Shown piece after piece: positions 1 through 9,455 of a stretch of DNA of 32,246 nucleotides; within the stretch, counting starts at the first letter, position 1, and the number at the start of each line of letters is the position of its first letter. The notes below the pieces were generated by a model. That model did not search any database and was not told where the DNA came from. It worked only from the letters and a program-made list of their open reading frames with translations. The translations under genes and the position numbers were made by a program. The DNA is from a virus (lineage: Duplodnaviria; Caudoviricetes). The stretch spans positions 1 through 32,246 of IMG/VR virus record IMGVR_UViG_3300025764_000012; one strand, 5' to 3'.

Positions 1-1
1 G

Positions 2-799
2 GCCGACGTCGTTGCCGCTGCCGCGGGACTTGACGAAGAGACGGATGTGGACGCTACCCGCGCCCCGGCCCCGACTCCCGTTGTGGTCACCCCGGAAGAG
101 TACGGCTTCGCCGCTCTGAGGACCCGGAAGTTGAACGCTCGTTCGTTCGCGGCCGTCGATCCGATCATCGCCATGCAGATCGCTCAGCACGAGGCTGAGA
201 CGATCGACTACCTCGTCCAGGTCGCTCTCAAGACCGGCACGAGCGTCGTCCAGGCGAACAACGCCGTCGGGAACACGGTCACCGCGACCGACTCCGGCGA
301 CCTGACCGCGACCAACCTGCTCGGTGCCAAGGATGTTCGTCGCATCGTGGCGCAGTTGCGGGCCAACAAGGCCATCCCGTTCTTCGGGAAGTTCTATGGC
401 CTGCTCGCTCACCCCTACACCATTCTCGACCTCCGCGAGGAGAGCGGCCCTGGTTCATGGCGTGAGCCGAACGTCTACGGCGGAGACCAGTCCGACATCT
501 GGACTGGCGAGATTGGCGAGTTCGAGGGCGTCCGCGTCCTTCAGAACGCGCTGGTCGATGTCGCTCTCGGCGGTGTCGGGACTCTCATCCCGACCTTCCA
601 GAACTACTTCTTCGGCAAGGGTGCCGTTGTGGAGCAGGTCTACGAAGAGCCGCACGTTGTGGTTGCCCCAGTGGTGGACACGTTCAACCGGTTCCACAAA
701 ATCGGCTGGTACGGGGACCTCGGCTGGAGCGTCTACGAGAACAAGGCGCTCATCCGTCTTGAGAGCGCGGCGTCGCTGAACGCCGACCTGGGCCTGTAG
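2..799 (+). CDS. Major capsid protein, N4-gp56-like (5'-truncated by window edge)
   Basis: Frame is open from base 2. Motifs VVVTPEEYG, HPY..DLR.E, GEIGEFEGVR and D.FNRF..GWYG..GW are typical of this capsid family. Confidence 0.9.
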   Translation, partial: ADVVAAAAGLDEETDVDATRAPAPTPVVVTPEEYGFAALRTRKLNARSFAAVDPIIAMQIAQHEAETIDYLVQVALKTGTSVVQANNAVGNTVTATDSGDLTATNLLGAKDVRRIVAQLRANKAIPFFGKFYGLLAHPYTILDLREESGPGSWREPNVYGGDQSDIWTGEIGEFEGVRVLQNALVDVALGGVGTLIPTFQNYFFGKGAVVEQVYEEPHVVVAPVVDTFNRFHKIGWYGDLGWSVYENKALIRLESAASLNADLGL

Positions 800-820
800 G
801 GTTCAGGTAGTCCGTAGGTA

Positions 821-861
821 GGTTCGTGGGGTGTCGTGTAAGTGGCGGCATCCCACGGACC
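821..861 (+). terminator. Long hairpin after capsid gene (attenuator or mRNA stabiliser)
   Basis: GGTTCGTGGGGTGTCGT pairs with GCGGCATCCCACGGACC: 17 bp including G-U pairs. No U-tract. Confidence 0.55.
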
Positions 862-881
862 CCAGGAGAGGGGAGGGCGTC

Positions 882-1136
882 GTGACATATCTGTTCACGC
901 CGCCGAGTCGCGTTGAGCACTCCGGCGAAAAGCATCCACTGTGGGGCCGTATGAGACTCAACTACGGCGTGTCCCTTCTCAAGAAGGACGGCCTGTACCG
1001 ACAGGTCGAGGGCCCGACCTCCGAGGAGGCCACGGCCGCGGATGCCTACTACATCGGCGGACACATCTACACGGTGACCCAGGGGGAAGCCGATGACCTA
1101 ACAGACGCAGGCTACGGGGAGTGGGTTACTACATAA
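882..1136 (+). CDS. Small phage protein downstream of capsid gene (probably virion-associated)
   Basis: GGGAGG RBS then GTG; MTYLFTPP...YYIGGHIYTVT...L.DAGYGEW. Role inferred from position. Confidence 0.7.
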   Translation: MTYLFTPPSRVEHSGEKHPLWGRMRLNYGVSLLKKDGLYRQVEGPTSEEATAADAYYIGGHIYTVTQGEADDLTDAGYGEWVTT

Positions 1137-1480
1137 TGGCCGTCGAGACACGCCAAGACACTTACAACCGGGGTCTACTCGACGGACAGATCGCCGTTCG
1201 TCTCGATCACCACGACGAACGGCTCGTGGCCCAGGACCACCTACTCGAACGAACCATCGACATCACCGCGGTCCTGACCTCGACCGTGCAGACGCTCACC
1301 GAAGCGCGCGTCACTGACGCCGCCACCCGCATCGCACTGGCCGCGGCGGTCAAGGAGTCAAAGGACCAGGCGGAGGCCCAGTCCCAGAAGGGGTGGTCTC
1401 CCATTACAAAGTTCTCAGTCGTCATCGGCGCAGTAGCGGTTATCTGGGCCATTCTCCAGGCTCTGCCCTTCGCCCTATGA
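1136..1480 (+). CDS. Membrane protein, holin-like
   Basis: TAATG coupling to the previous gene; coiled-coil-like body and a C-terminal hydrophobic helix; directly upstream of the endolysin. Confidence 0.6.
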   Translation: MAVETRQDTYNRGLLDGQIAVRLDHHDERLVAQDHLLERTIDITAVLTSTVQTLTEARVTDAATRIALAAAVKESKDQAEAQSQKGWSPITKFSVVIGAVAVIWAILQALPFAL

Positions 1481-1492
1481 TCGGAGGCTGAC

Positions 1493-2302
1493 ATGCCCTT
1501 CACCGCCCTCAATGGGCACCTGCCCGCGTCGGTGCTGGTCTACCTGTCGTGGCCTGAGGCGTCCCGCCTGCGGCTGCGTGCCGATGCCGCCGCGTCCGCC
1601 ACCCAACTCGCTGCGGCATTCCGCGCTCGCTTCGGCCGCCCGCTGTATGTCTCGGACGCCTACCGAACCTTCGAGCAACAGCAGGTTCTCAAGATCCAGA
1701 AGGGTTCGTTCGCGGCCACCCCCGGCACTAGTAACCACGGTCTCGGAGTTGCCCTCGACCTGGCCTCGAACATCAACGTGGACGGATCTGCTGAGCATCG
1801 CTGGATGGAGGCCAACGGGCCAACGTTCGGCTGGATCAACCCCGCCTGGGCCGTTGACTTCAACCCCGCCAACGGCGAGCACGAGCCGTGGCACTGGGAG
1901 TTCTACCCGGAACTCTACATCCTGCCCGCGCCCGTCACGGCCAAGTTCACCCTCGCACCACTCGCACCGGAGGACGACATGCCCACTCTCATCTTCTCAC
2001 CTAGCCATGGGTGGGCCGCTCTCGATGGCGGACGCCTCCTGTCCATCGGAGATCAGGCCACCGTCGATGCTGGCCTCGCCCAGGGTCTCAAGCGTTGGGT
2101 GGTCACCGACACCGATTTCCTCCGCTGGATGGCCCGCAGCGAAGGCACCTGGCTCCTGTACAACTCCACTACCGGCTGGGCCGTCTGGTCCGCGGGCAAG
2201 GGCACGGGCATCGGAGACCAGGCCGTCGTTGACCAGTTCAAGTCCAACGGCGCGCCCGTCATCACGGTTGGTCTTGCCGACTTCGCCCGCTTCACCGCCT
2301 GA
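1493..2302 (+). CDS. Endolysin: M15 (VanY-like) zinc peptidase plus two C-terminal repeats
   Basis: YRT..QQ, A.PGTSNHGLG.A.D and EPWHWEF motifs; two ~50-aa GW....G...IGDQA.VD repeats; GGAGG RBS. Confidence 0.88.
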   Translation: MPFTALNGHLPASVLVYLSWPEASRLRLRADAAASATQLAAAFRARFGRPLYVSDAYRTFEQQQVLKIQKGSFAATPGTSNHGLGVALDLASNINVDGSAEHRWMEANGPTFGWINPAWAVDFNPANGEHEPWHWEFYPELYILPAPVTAKFTLAPLAPEDDMPTLIFSPSHGWAALDGGRLLSIGDQATVDAGLAQGLKRWVVTDTDFLRWMARSEGTWLLYNSTTGWAVWSAGKGTGIGDQAVVDQFKSNGAPVITVGLADFARFTA

Positions 2303-2448
2303 CCATGCCCGCCGTCGAGGACGAGTTCGACGAACCCCCGGGGCCGACGGCCGCAATCTACCCGGACCGCCCCTTCCCCTGTCCATTCTTCCATGTCCCC
2401 GCCTGACCGACTACCGAAGGAGAACACGATGGCTGGACGGGTGTTCCG

Positions 2449-2859
2449 GTGAGGCGTTGCAAGCATTGTGGACAGACCCTCCCGCTCGCCGCGTTTGGCA
2501 ATCATGCGTGGTGCATCGAGTGTAACCGCGAGTATAGTCGCGTGCGGTACGCCACCCCCGGATACCTGGCCTATAAGAATGCCACGCAGAAGGGGCTAAC
2601 GGTTCAGCAGGTGACGGACGCCCTCGCCACCCAGGGCGGCGTCTGTCGTGTTTGCGGGTCGGACGATCCCGGGAAGAGGGGAACCTGGTGCATCGATCAC
2701 GACCATGCCTGCTGTTCTGGGCAGAGGGCCTGCGGGGAATGCTTCCGGGGGCTTCTTTGCTTCTCGTGCAATATGGGACTAGGGATCTTCCATGACAATG
2801 CAGACCTTCTCCGCGTCGCCGCAGAGTACTTGGAGGCGACCAGTGTCCAATCCCGGTGA
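2449..2859 (+). CDS. Endonuclease VII family nuclease
   Basis: Q.G.CxxC, IDHDH, RGLLCxxCN.GLG.F.DN motifs; N-terminal CxxC...CxxC. Confidence 0.88.
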   Translation: MRRCKHCGQTLPLAAFGNHAWCIECNREYSRVRYATPGYLAYKNATQKGLTVQQVTDALATQGGVCRVCGSDDPGKRGTWCIDHDHACCSGQRACGECFRGLLCFSCNMGLGIFHDNADLLRVAAEYLEATSVQSR

Positions 2860-3091
2860 GAACTGCTCCTCGGCGTGTGTCACTCGTGACCATACCAGTT
2901 TCGGGGAGTGCGTCCGCGCGAAGTGCATCGCCGCGATGTGGACGGGGGGAACCCGGCCCTCCTTCGGGCAGGTCAAGCGGTTCTCGCGTGAGAACCAGGC
3001 GTTCCGCGATGCAGTCGCGGACGGACTGAAACCGCAGGCCGTCTCGTTCGGTGCAGTCAACAAGGCGTATGACGCCGCGAGCAGGGGGTGA
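2843..3091 (+). CDS. Small Cys/His-containing phage protein
   Basis: GGAGG RBS then GTG; CSSACVTRDHTSFGEC; coupled to the next gene. Confidence 0.65.
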   Translation: MSNPGENCSSACVTRDHTSFGECVRAKCIAAMWTGGTRPSFGQVKRFSRENQAFRDAVADGLKPQAVSFGAVNKAYDAASRG

Positions 3092-3999
3092 GTCGGTTGT
3101 CCACATTCAGTAGGCTCGTGCAGCGCACGCGCCATCGCCTCGCTGGCTTCGACGGCATCCTGGACGCCTCGACCGAACTCAGTGATGACCTTACGGTCGA
3201 TGCCGTGGCCGTCCCCGTGACCGACCCCCAGGGGTTTGGCCGGGGCGTCGTGGAGATCGACCTGGAGGTCGTGCGGATCGCCTCTGCCGATCCGGAATCC
3301 AAGATCCTCCATGCCCCGACGTTCGGTCGGGGGTATCGGGGAACCATCCCGACGACCCACGGTGCCGGAACTGAGGTTGTCCTCAACCCGCTGTTCCCGG
3401 CCTCGGACGTGGCGGACAAGATCAACTCTGTCCTGCGCGACATCTTCCCCAATGTGTACGCGGTGAAGTCTGTGAACTTCGACGTCACATCAGGGTTCGT
3501 CTCGTTCGCCCTTCCGGTTGACACGTTCGGCGTGATCGCCGTGACGGCCAGGCTGGCAGGATCAGCACTGGACTGGCGGCCAGTCGTGCGCTGGGAGTTC
3601 GATCCGAACGCCGACACGGCGACCCACTCGACCGGCCGGGCCCTGCACTTCCCCCTCGGGGTTCCCCCGGGCTCCGTCGTGCGCGTGACGTACGCAGAGG
3701 CCCCAGGACTGTTCGACGTCACCGGAGTACCCACCCAGGACTTCGAGACCGTTACGGGGCTCCCAGAGCGCTGTGAGGAACTACTGGAGATCGGCGTGGC
3801 ATCCCTCCTGGCGCCGTTCGTGGACATGGCCCGCTCACAGGTCGCCGGTGCCGAGGCCCGGGCAGAGGGTGACGCCAAGAAGTTCGGTGCCGCCAACACC
3901 GTGGCGCAGACCCTGTACTCGATGTACAAGACCCGGGTCGAGGCCGAGCGTGCTCTTCTCGCCAAGCAATATCCGATCCGATCCCACAAGGTGAGGTAG
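3088..3999 (+). CDS. Putative head-tail adaptor / tail tubular-type protein
   Basis: 303-aa coupled ORF in the structural module; C-terminal LP.....LL..G helical pattern. Function inferred from position. Confidence 0.55.
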   Translation: MSRLSTFSRLVQRTRHRLAGFDGILDASTELSDDLTVDAVAVPVTDPQGFGRGVVEIDLEVVRIASADPESKILHAPTFGRGYRGTIPTTHGAGTEVVLNPLFPASDVADKINSVLRDIFPNVYAVKSVNFDVTSGFVSFALPVDTFGVIAVTARLAGSALDWRPVVRWEFDPNADTATHSTGRALHFPLGVPPGSVVRVTYAEAPGLFDVTGVPTQDFETVTGLPERCEELLEIGVASLLAPFVDMARSQVAGAEARAEGDAKKFGAANTVAQTLYSMYKTRVEAERALLAKQYPIRSHKVR

Positions 4000-4001
4000 A
4001 C

Positions 4002-4664
4002 ATGCGCTACTACTCGTCCATCGCGCAGTTGGCACAGTTGTCGAGCGGCGTGAACAACCTCGTCACATCCATCGCTGTGTCCGCCCTCACGGGGTTCCCC
4101 ACAACGTGCCCGTTCACCATCGCCGTCGATCCCTCGACGGCATACGAAGAGATCATGACGGTGACGGTCGTCTCCGGCACAACCCTCACGGTGACCAGGG
4201 GTGAGGACTCCTCGACGGCGGTCTCCCACTCGGCCGGTGCGGGCGTGCGCCACGTTATCTCGGCCCGTGATCTGCGGGAGCCGCAGGAGCACATCGCGGC
4301 GACCCAGAACATCCACGGGGCCGGTGTCGGCAGTTCCATCGTCGGGACTACGACGGCGCAGACACTCACGAACAAGACCATCGACGGCGCGTCGAACACC
4401 GTCCAGAACCTCGGCGCCGCTGTCATCGCTAGCGGCGTACTCGGGGCCGCTCGCATTCCCGCGCAGACATACGGGTCCCTGACTGGAACCCCGACCACGT
4501 TCGCCCCGGCCGCCCATCAGCACCCCGGTAGCGACATCACGTCCGCGGTAGCAAACGCCACGCTTGCGGACAACGCCGTCCTCGTGGGGGGTCGGAAGAT
4601 CTGGGTGCAGTCCTCTGCCCCGACCACCGGTGCGACTGACGGCGACGTCTGGTTCGAGGTCTAG
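4002..4664 (+). CDS. Minor tail / tail-fibre protein
   Basis: EEI.VT....TLTVTRG.D.S.AVSH.AGA.VRH domain, TQTLTNKTI motif, PAAHQH repeat, C-terminal P..GDVW. Confidence 0.75.
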   Translation: MRYYSSIAQLAQLSSGVNNLVTSIAVSALTGFPTTCPFTIAVDPSTAYEEIMTVTVVSGTTLTVTRGEDSSTAVSHSAGAGVRHVISARDLREPQEHIAATQNIHGAGVGSSIVGTTTAQTLTNKTIDGASNTVQNLGAAVIASGVLGAARIPAQTYGSLTGTPTTFAPAAHQHPGSDITSAVANATLADNAVLVGGRKIWVQSSAPTTGATDGDVWFEV

Positions 4665-4682
4665 CATGAAGGGGGGTGCCCG

Positions 4683-5756
4683 ATGACCAGGTACGATGGC
4701 AATACCGTTACCGAACCCGCCACGGGTATCTCGTGGCGGGTATGGGTTGATATAACCGACGATGGTGGTAATACCGGCACCTCGACCGGCATCCACTTTA
4801 CCTACGGATGGTATTTCAGCGCCCCCCTGGGCGGCACGTGGGACCCGATCTCCGTCAGTGATCCCTGGGGTTCTGCCAACTTCGGCCCACGGTACACGCC
4901 CGCGGCCGGGGACCACATTATCAGCGGCCCCTCCGCGCGCACCGCGATGATCCAGTACGGCGGCGGCAACTCGCTCCACTTTAGTCTGAGTGCGACGGAC
5001 GCATACTATACGGGGCTGCCGACGTCGAGCGTCTCCTTCGACTACCCGCTCCCCGCGCGAATCCCGGTTCCGCCCGATCCGCCCGCAACTAGTTTGTTCT
5101 CGGCTACCTCGTCCAGTGCGCAGATTGCTCTCGCGCCGCCCGGCAACAACGGCGGCGCGGGCATCGACGACTACATGGCGTACATTCTGGTGACTAACCA
5201 GTGGCCGTTCTACGGCACCGGTGGAAACGTCAAGGCGGAGGGACACGGCGGTGTAACCGCGTCCGGGCTGACCAGGCATACGCACTACTACTACACCGCG
5301 AGGGCGCACAACTCCGCGGGGTGGTCCGGCTACACGGCGATGAAAGAGTTCTGGACCCTCGCCACCGTTCCCGACGCGCCGCGCGCGGTTACCTTGTCTG
5401 CCGTTACGCAGAGCACCGTATATACGGAGTTGTTTGGGAACAGCGACGGCGGTTCAGCAATCACGCGCTGGGAACTTGGCTACGGTACGGACCCAACCGG
5501 CCCATCAAATATTGTAACCTCTCCCATAACACTCACGGTTAGTGGTCTAACCCCTGACACCGATTACTACTTCTGGTCTCGTGGCGTCAACGCGATAGGG
5601 ACTGGCCCGTGGTCTGCTCGATCGACCGCCAGGACGCTCCCCGGCGTGCACCTGCGGGTCTCCGGGGCCTGGGTCACTGTCCGGCCACACAGCCGGGTCT
5701 CTGGTGCGTGGGTCAGTTCCAAGACGCACGGTCGGGTCTCCGGGGCGTGGTCCTAA
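4683..5756 (+). CDS. Fibronectin type III-domain virion protein
   Basis: Two FN3-like units (GLT..T.YY...RA.N..GWS; GLTPDTDY.F..R.VN.IG.GPWS) and three C-terminal RVSGAW repeats. Confidence 0.8.
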   Translation: MTRYDGNTVTEPATGISWRVWVDITDDGGNTGTSTGIHFTYGWYFSAPLGGTWDPISVSDPWGSANFGPRYTPAAGDHIISGPSARTAMIQYGGGNSLHFSLSATDAYYTGLPTSSVSFDYPLPARIPVPPDPPATSLFSATSSSAQIALAPPGNNGGAGIDDYMAYILVTNQWPFYGTGGNVKAEGHGGVTASGLTRHTHYYYTARAHNSAGWSGYTAMKEFWTLATVPDAPRAVTLSAVTQSTVYTELFGNSDGGSAITRWELGYGTDPTGPSNIVTSPITLTVSGLTPDTDYYFWSRGVNAIGTGPWSARSTARTLPGVHLRVSGAWVTVRPHSRVSGAWVSSKTHGRVSGAWS

Positions 5757-6382
5757 TGGGGGCCGTCTCCGGTTCTGACATCACCGAGGGTAAGATCAAG
5801 AAGGCGCGACTTCCCGCCGACGCCGTGTACTCGGCCGATGCGCGGCTCACCGACGCGCGCACGCCCACCGCGCACACACAGGCGGCCTCGACTATCACCG
5901 ACTTCTCCACCGCCGTCGCGGCACTCATCCCGACCGCCACGGACACGGTTGCGGGCAAGGTCGAACTTGCCACGTCGGCCGAGACGATCACCGGCACGGA
6001 CCTGGCCCGGGCGACCACCCCGGCCGGGGTCAAAGCGGCACTTGGCGACGATGTGACCAGCCTGTTTACGATCATCGCGGCGGGCACGAGCGGATTCACG
6101 ACCACGCTCAGGGCGTGGCGCACCGGCAAACTCATCGCGTGCCAAATCACCGTCTCTGGCACCCCCGCATACGCTGCCTGGCAGTCCCGTCAGATCATGA
6201 CTGTCCCAGTCGGGCTCCGTCCTGGAACACAGGCCGGGGGCACGCTCACGTGGCTCGCATTGACGGCCCCGTTCATGGCCCTGGCAGAGACTTCGGGGAG
6301 CGTGACTATTGGCCGCGATGGCACGTCTGGGGCGTTCCCTGGCGGAGTATTCGCCGCCACCCTCACGTGGATAACCGCGTGA
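5756..6382 (+). CDS. Tail-fibre-like protein
   Basis: TAATG coupling; DARLTDARTPTAHT and AT.TVAG.VELAT.AE...G.D..RA.TPAG fibre motifs; C-terminal P.GLRP domain. Confidence 0.75.
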   Translation: MGAVSGSDITEGKIKKARLPADAVYSADARLTDARTPTAHTQAASTITDFSTAVAALIPTATDTVAGKVELATSAETITGTDLARATTPAGVKAALGDDVTSLFTIIAAGTSGFTTTLRAWRTGKLIACQITVSGTPAYAAWQSRQIMTVPVGLRPGTQAGGTLTWLALTAPFMALAETSGSVTIGRDGTSGAFPGGVFAATLTWITA

Positions 6383-6425
6383 CGCAGGCATGGCCTGATA
6401 TTCTAGAACGTAAGGGAGTGACGAC

Positions 6426-8333
6426 ATGGCACTGCTGAACTCGCTGAGTCCGGACATCACCGAATCCCTCCCGGCTCAACTCGGGGCGGGCACGGGGATC
6501 GCCGGTTCCTTCCCGGCCGGTAGTGGGTTCGATGTGTCCATCGGGGCGCTCGGATTCCTGCTCCGCCCGTCGGTGACATACCCATACCAGCGTAGTTCCC
6601 AGCAGACATCCAAGCAACAGATCGACACGTCGGCCGACGCGGGCGAGCAGTCCCTGTCCGCATGGTGGACACGTTCGCAGTCCTCGTGGGACAACGGTGC
6701 CGGGGTCGTCTGGTATGAGCCCGGCTCGGTGGCGGAGACGGTGAACCGCTTCGCCTCCTCCCAGGGGATCGACGTGTGGACCGAGGGACAGTTCTCCCTC
6801 CTTCACGTCATGCAGGACCAGGCCCTCGGGGCCCTCTCCGAGCGGTTCGTGGTCGCTGCCCGGCGCAGCGGGGTGGACGGGTACATCGTGGTCGGTGGAA
6901 CCAGCATCGTCTGGTACACCGCGGCCGGTGTCTCCGGTGCTTCCGGCACGCTCCCGACCACTGGGTGCACCAAGCCCGCGTCTATGGGCAGCGCCGTGTG
7001 GGTGGGCCACAGCGGCGGCGTGTCCAAGTTCGTCCAGTCCACGGGGACGGTCACAACCCCGTGGACCGCCTCCGCGCGCACGCAGGTATGGTGGGTCAAG
7101 GGGCGGCTCATCGCCGCCATCGGCCCGAGCCTGTACGAACTCACCCCTGCCGGGTCCGGTGTCATCACGGCCCTGACCCCGCTGTTCACGCACCCGTCGT
7201 CCACCTGGACATGGTGCGCCGTATCAGAGACCCCCGCGGCTATCGTCGCCGCGGGCTCCGACGGTGGGGACTCCGGCGCGTACCGCTTCCGTCAGGAGCA
7301 GGACTCGCTCGGGCAGCCGATCCTCTCCTCGGGGGAGCAGGTCGTCCACATGCCCAACGGTGAGTACATCACCGGCATGTCCATTTATCTGGGCACGCAG
7401 TTGGTCCTGTGTACATCTCGCGGTATCAGGATCGGCCAGGCCGCGTCCACCGGCGAGGTTGCGTATGGGCCGCTCACCCTGGAGACCTCGAAGGTCCTCG
7501 GGGACATCGCGTTCTACGGGCGCTTCGCCTACGTCTCGGTCACGGCATGGCTGCCCGACGGGAGGTCGGGCGCAATCAGGATCGACCTGTCCTCGGAGAT
7601 CGGGAAGACCGGGCTCTACTCCTGGGCCGCGGACGCCGCGGTTACTACGACCACCGGCGCCAACTCTGTGTGCATCCTGGGCGACGGTCGTGTCGTCCTG
7701 ACCGTTGCCGGGGCCGTGTGGCTCCAGTCGGCCACGGTGTACGTGGCCTCTGGGTGGTTGGATACGGGGCGTATCCGCTTCCGCACCATCGAGCAGAAGG
7801 CGTTCCGCTTCGCCCGGCTTGTTGCTGCGCTCAACGGGTGCTCCCTGTCGCTGACGGTCGCGGGCCCGAACGGTGTACAGAACCGCGTCGCGGACATGGA
7901 TGCCACCTTCGCCACCGACGAAGACATGTCCATCAACATCGCCGGATCTTCCACCCTGCCCTATGTCTCGTTCGTTGTGACACTGAACGCGCTGGTGGGC
8001 ACGGCCACCGCAACCCCCACGGTGACCGGACTGCTGGTCAAGGCCCTCCCGGCCGTCTCGGCCGCGCGCCTGATCCAGTTCCCCCTTAGTGTCTACGACC
8101 GCGAGGTGGACCGGAGCGGGAATGTCTGCTACGCTAGTGGCGGGGCCATGGCTCGCGTCCTGGCCCTGGAGGGTGCCGAGGAATCCGGAGCGCCGCAGCA
8201 TGTGATAGACTGGCGCACCGGTGAAGCGTTCATCGGTAAGATCGAGCAGGTAAACTTCGATTCGCTCGCACCGCCCGACCGCTCGGAGTCCGGGTTCGGC
8301 GGCGTGGCCATGGTGACAGTGAGGCGACTATGA
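6426..8333 (+). CDS. Large beta-rich tail protein (tail tube B / stabilisation-like)
   Basis: 635 aa, strand-rich; GEQSL..WW.RSQSSW..GAG..WYEP and G.L.TGRIRF.T.E.K motifs; position in the tail module. Confidence 0.65.
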   Translation: MALLNSLSPDITESLPAQLGAGTGIAGSFPAGSGFDVSIGALGFLLRPSVTYPYQRSSQQTSKQQIDTSADAGEQSLSAWWTRSQSSWDNGAGVVWYEPGSVAETVNRFASSQGIDVWTEGQFSLLHVMQDQALGALSERFVVAARRSGVDGYIVVGGTSIVWYTAAGVSGASGTLPTTGCTKPASMGSAVWVGHSGGVSKFVQSTGTVTTPWTASARTQVWWVKGRLIAAIGPSLYELTPAGSGVITALTPLFTHPSSTWTWCAVSETPAAIVAAGSDGGDSGAYRFRQEQDSLGQPILSSGEQVVHMPNGEYITGMSIYLGTQLVLCTSRGIRIGQAASTGEVAYGPLTLETSKVLGDIAFYGRFAYVSVTAWLPDGRSGAIRIDLSSEIGKTGLYSWAADAAVTTTTGANSVCILGDGRVVLTVAGAVWLQSATVYVASGWLDTGRIRFRTIEQKAFRFARLVAALNGCSLSLTVAGPNGVQNRVADMDATFATDEDMSINIAGSSTLPYVSFVVTLNALVGTATATPTVTGLLVKALPAVSAARLIQFPLSVYDREVDRSGNVCYASGGAMARVLALEGAEESGAPQHVIDWRTGEAFIGKIEQVNFDSLAPPDRSESGFGGVAMVTVRRL

Positions 8334-8752
8334 CCCCTTCTTGGTTCCATCGTGACATCGACGCGGGCATGATCGGCCGCGACGTCGATATCGTGCACCG
8401 CAAGACAGGTTCCCCCTACGGGGACGGCCACTGCTACGACGACACATCGGCCATGTTCATACGTGGCCTGCAGGTCGCGGGCAACCTGACCCAGAACGGG
8501 ATCGTATCGACCGCGGAAGCAACCATCCTCGGCCCGTCTGCGACGGACTTCCTGGTCCCTGACTGGTACAAGGAGGGGCCCTTGTCGGAGGGTTCACAAG
8601 TGGCGCTCATTGTGAGCGCCCTGCTGGGGAAGCCCAGTAACGTGACCGCTGCGCTCAAGCGATTCCAGGGGTCGCACGGTATCCCCCCAAGCGGGATCGT
8701 TGACGAGACAACCGCAATCATGCTGAACGAGGGCGAGGTGTCCTATGCTTGA
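8330..8752 (+). CDS. Peptidoglycan-binding domain protein
   Basis: Two PG_binding_1-like repeats (IRGLQ...NL..NGIV...E; ALKRFQ..HGI..SGIVD..T). Confidence 0.75.
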   Translation: MTPSWFHRDIDAGMIGRDVDIVHRKTGSPYGDGHCYDDTSAMFIRGLQVAGNLTQNGIVSTAEATILGPSATDFLVPDWYKEGPLSEGSQVALIVSALLGKPSNVTAALKRFQGSHGIPPSGIVDETTAIMLNEGEVSYA

Positions 8753-9317
8753 TACGGCCTACCAGCCCCAGCCTGGCGACTACTTCCTGGTCCAGATCCA
8801 TGGCCGACCGGCGCTCTCCATCGGCATCGGTCAGGCGCTCACCGGCGACTGGTCCCGGTTCTGGCACGCCGGTATCGTCGGGTACGACGGGAAGGCATAC
8901 GCCGCGCATCCTGGCGGGGCGAGCGTCGATTCGCTCGAAGAGATCATGGCCGACCGACCTCTGGCGTTCTCCCGGTTCGATCTCACGGACGAGCAGCGCG
9001 CCGCGATCGTGGATGCCGCCGAGCGGCGGGTGGGCACGCCCTACTCGTTCCTCTGCTACCTGTCCATCGCTCTCGTCACGTTCCACGTCCGCCCCAAGTG
9101 GCTACTCGATTACGTCAAGAGTACCGGGCATATGATCTGCTCGCAGTACGTCGATCAGTGCTATGACGATGCGGGAATCCATCTCTTCGATGATGGTCGC
9201 TTCCCCGGCGACGTTACGCCCGGTGACCTTCACTACGTCGGCACCATCCAGAACGCTGACACCGGCCCGTATGCGTGTCCGCTCTACCAGGCCCCGGCCC
9301 CCCGCCACCTCGAATAG
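8745..9317 (+). CDS. Permuted papain-like NlpC/P60 (YiiX/YebB-like) amidase
   Basis: PGDYFL, HAGIV (His), G.PY, ICSQ (Cys), VTPGDL; His precedes Cys. Confidence 0.8.
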   Translation: MLDTAYQPQPGDYFLVQIHGRPALSIGIGQALTGDWSRFWHAGIVGYDGKAYAAHPGGASVDSLEEIMADRPLAFSRFDLTDEQRAAIVDAAERRVGTPYSFLCYLSIALVTFHVRPKWLLDYVKSTGHMICSQYVDQCYDDAGIHLFDDGRFPGDVTPGDLHYVGTIQNADTGPYACPLYQAPAPRHLE

Positions 9318-9335
9318 TAGCACATACATCGCAAT

Positions 9336-9372
9336 AGAAGAGCCCCTCCTGTAAAGGAGGGGCTCTTCTTCT
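9336..9372. terminator. Bidirectional intrinsic terminator
   Basis: Perfect 15-bp stem AGAAGAGCCCCTCCT-GTAA-AGGAGGGGCTCTTCT between convergent operons. Confidence 0.85.
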
Positions 9373-9455
9373 ATCCGCGACTGCCGTGGTACCCCGGCTG
9401 GGGAAGGGGGTCTAACCGGAATACCGTTGTAGGCTATCGAGCGGACGTCTCTGGG

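Noticed and set aside
2305-2406. 33-codon Pro-rich ORF after the endolysin
   Set aside because: No RBS or recognisable motif; insufficient support.
3057-5309. 750-aa minus-strand ORF and other long antisense or alternate-frame ORFs
   Set aside because: These are shadow ORFs of high-GC coding sequence: Arg/Gly/Pro-rich, without motifs, and overlapping well-supported genes.
4683-6382. Diversity-generating retroelement target
   Set aside because: No reverse transcriptase and no TR/VR pair differing at adenines were seen in the window.
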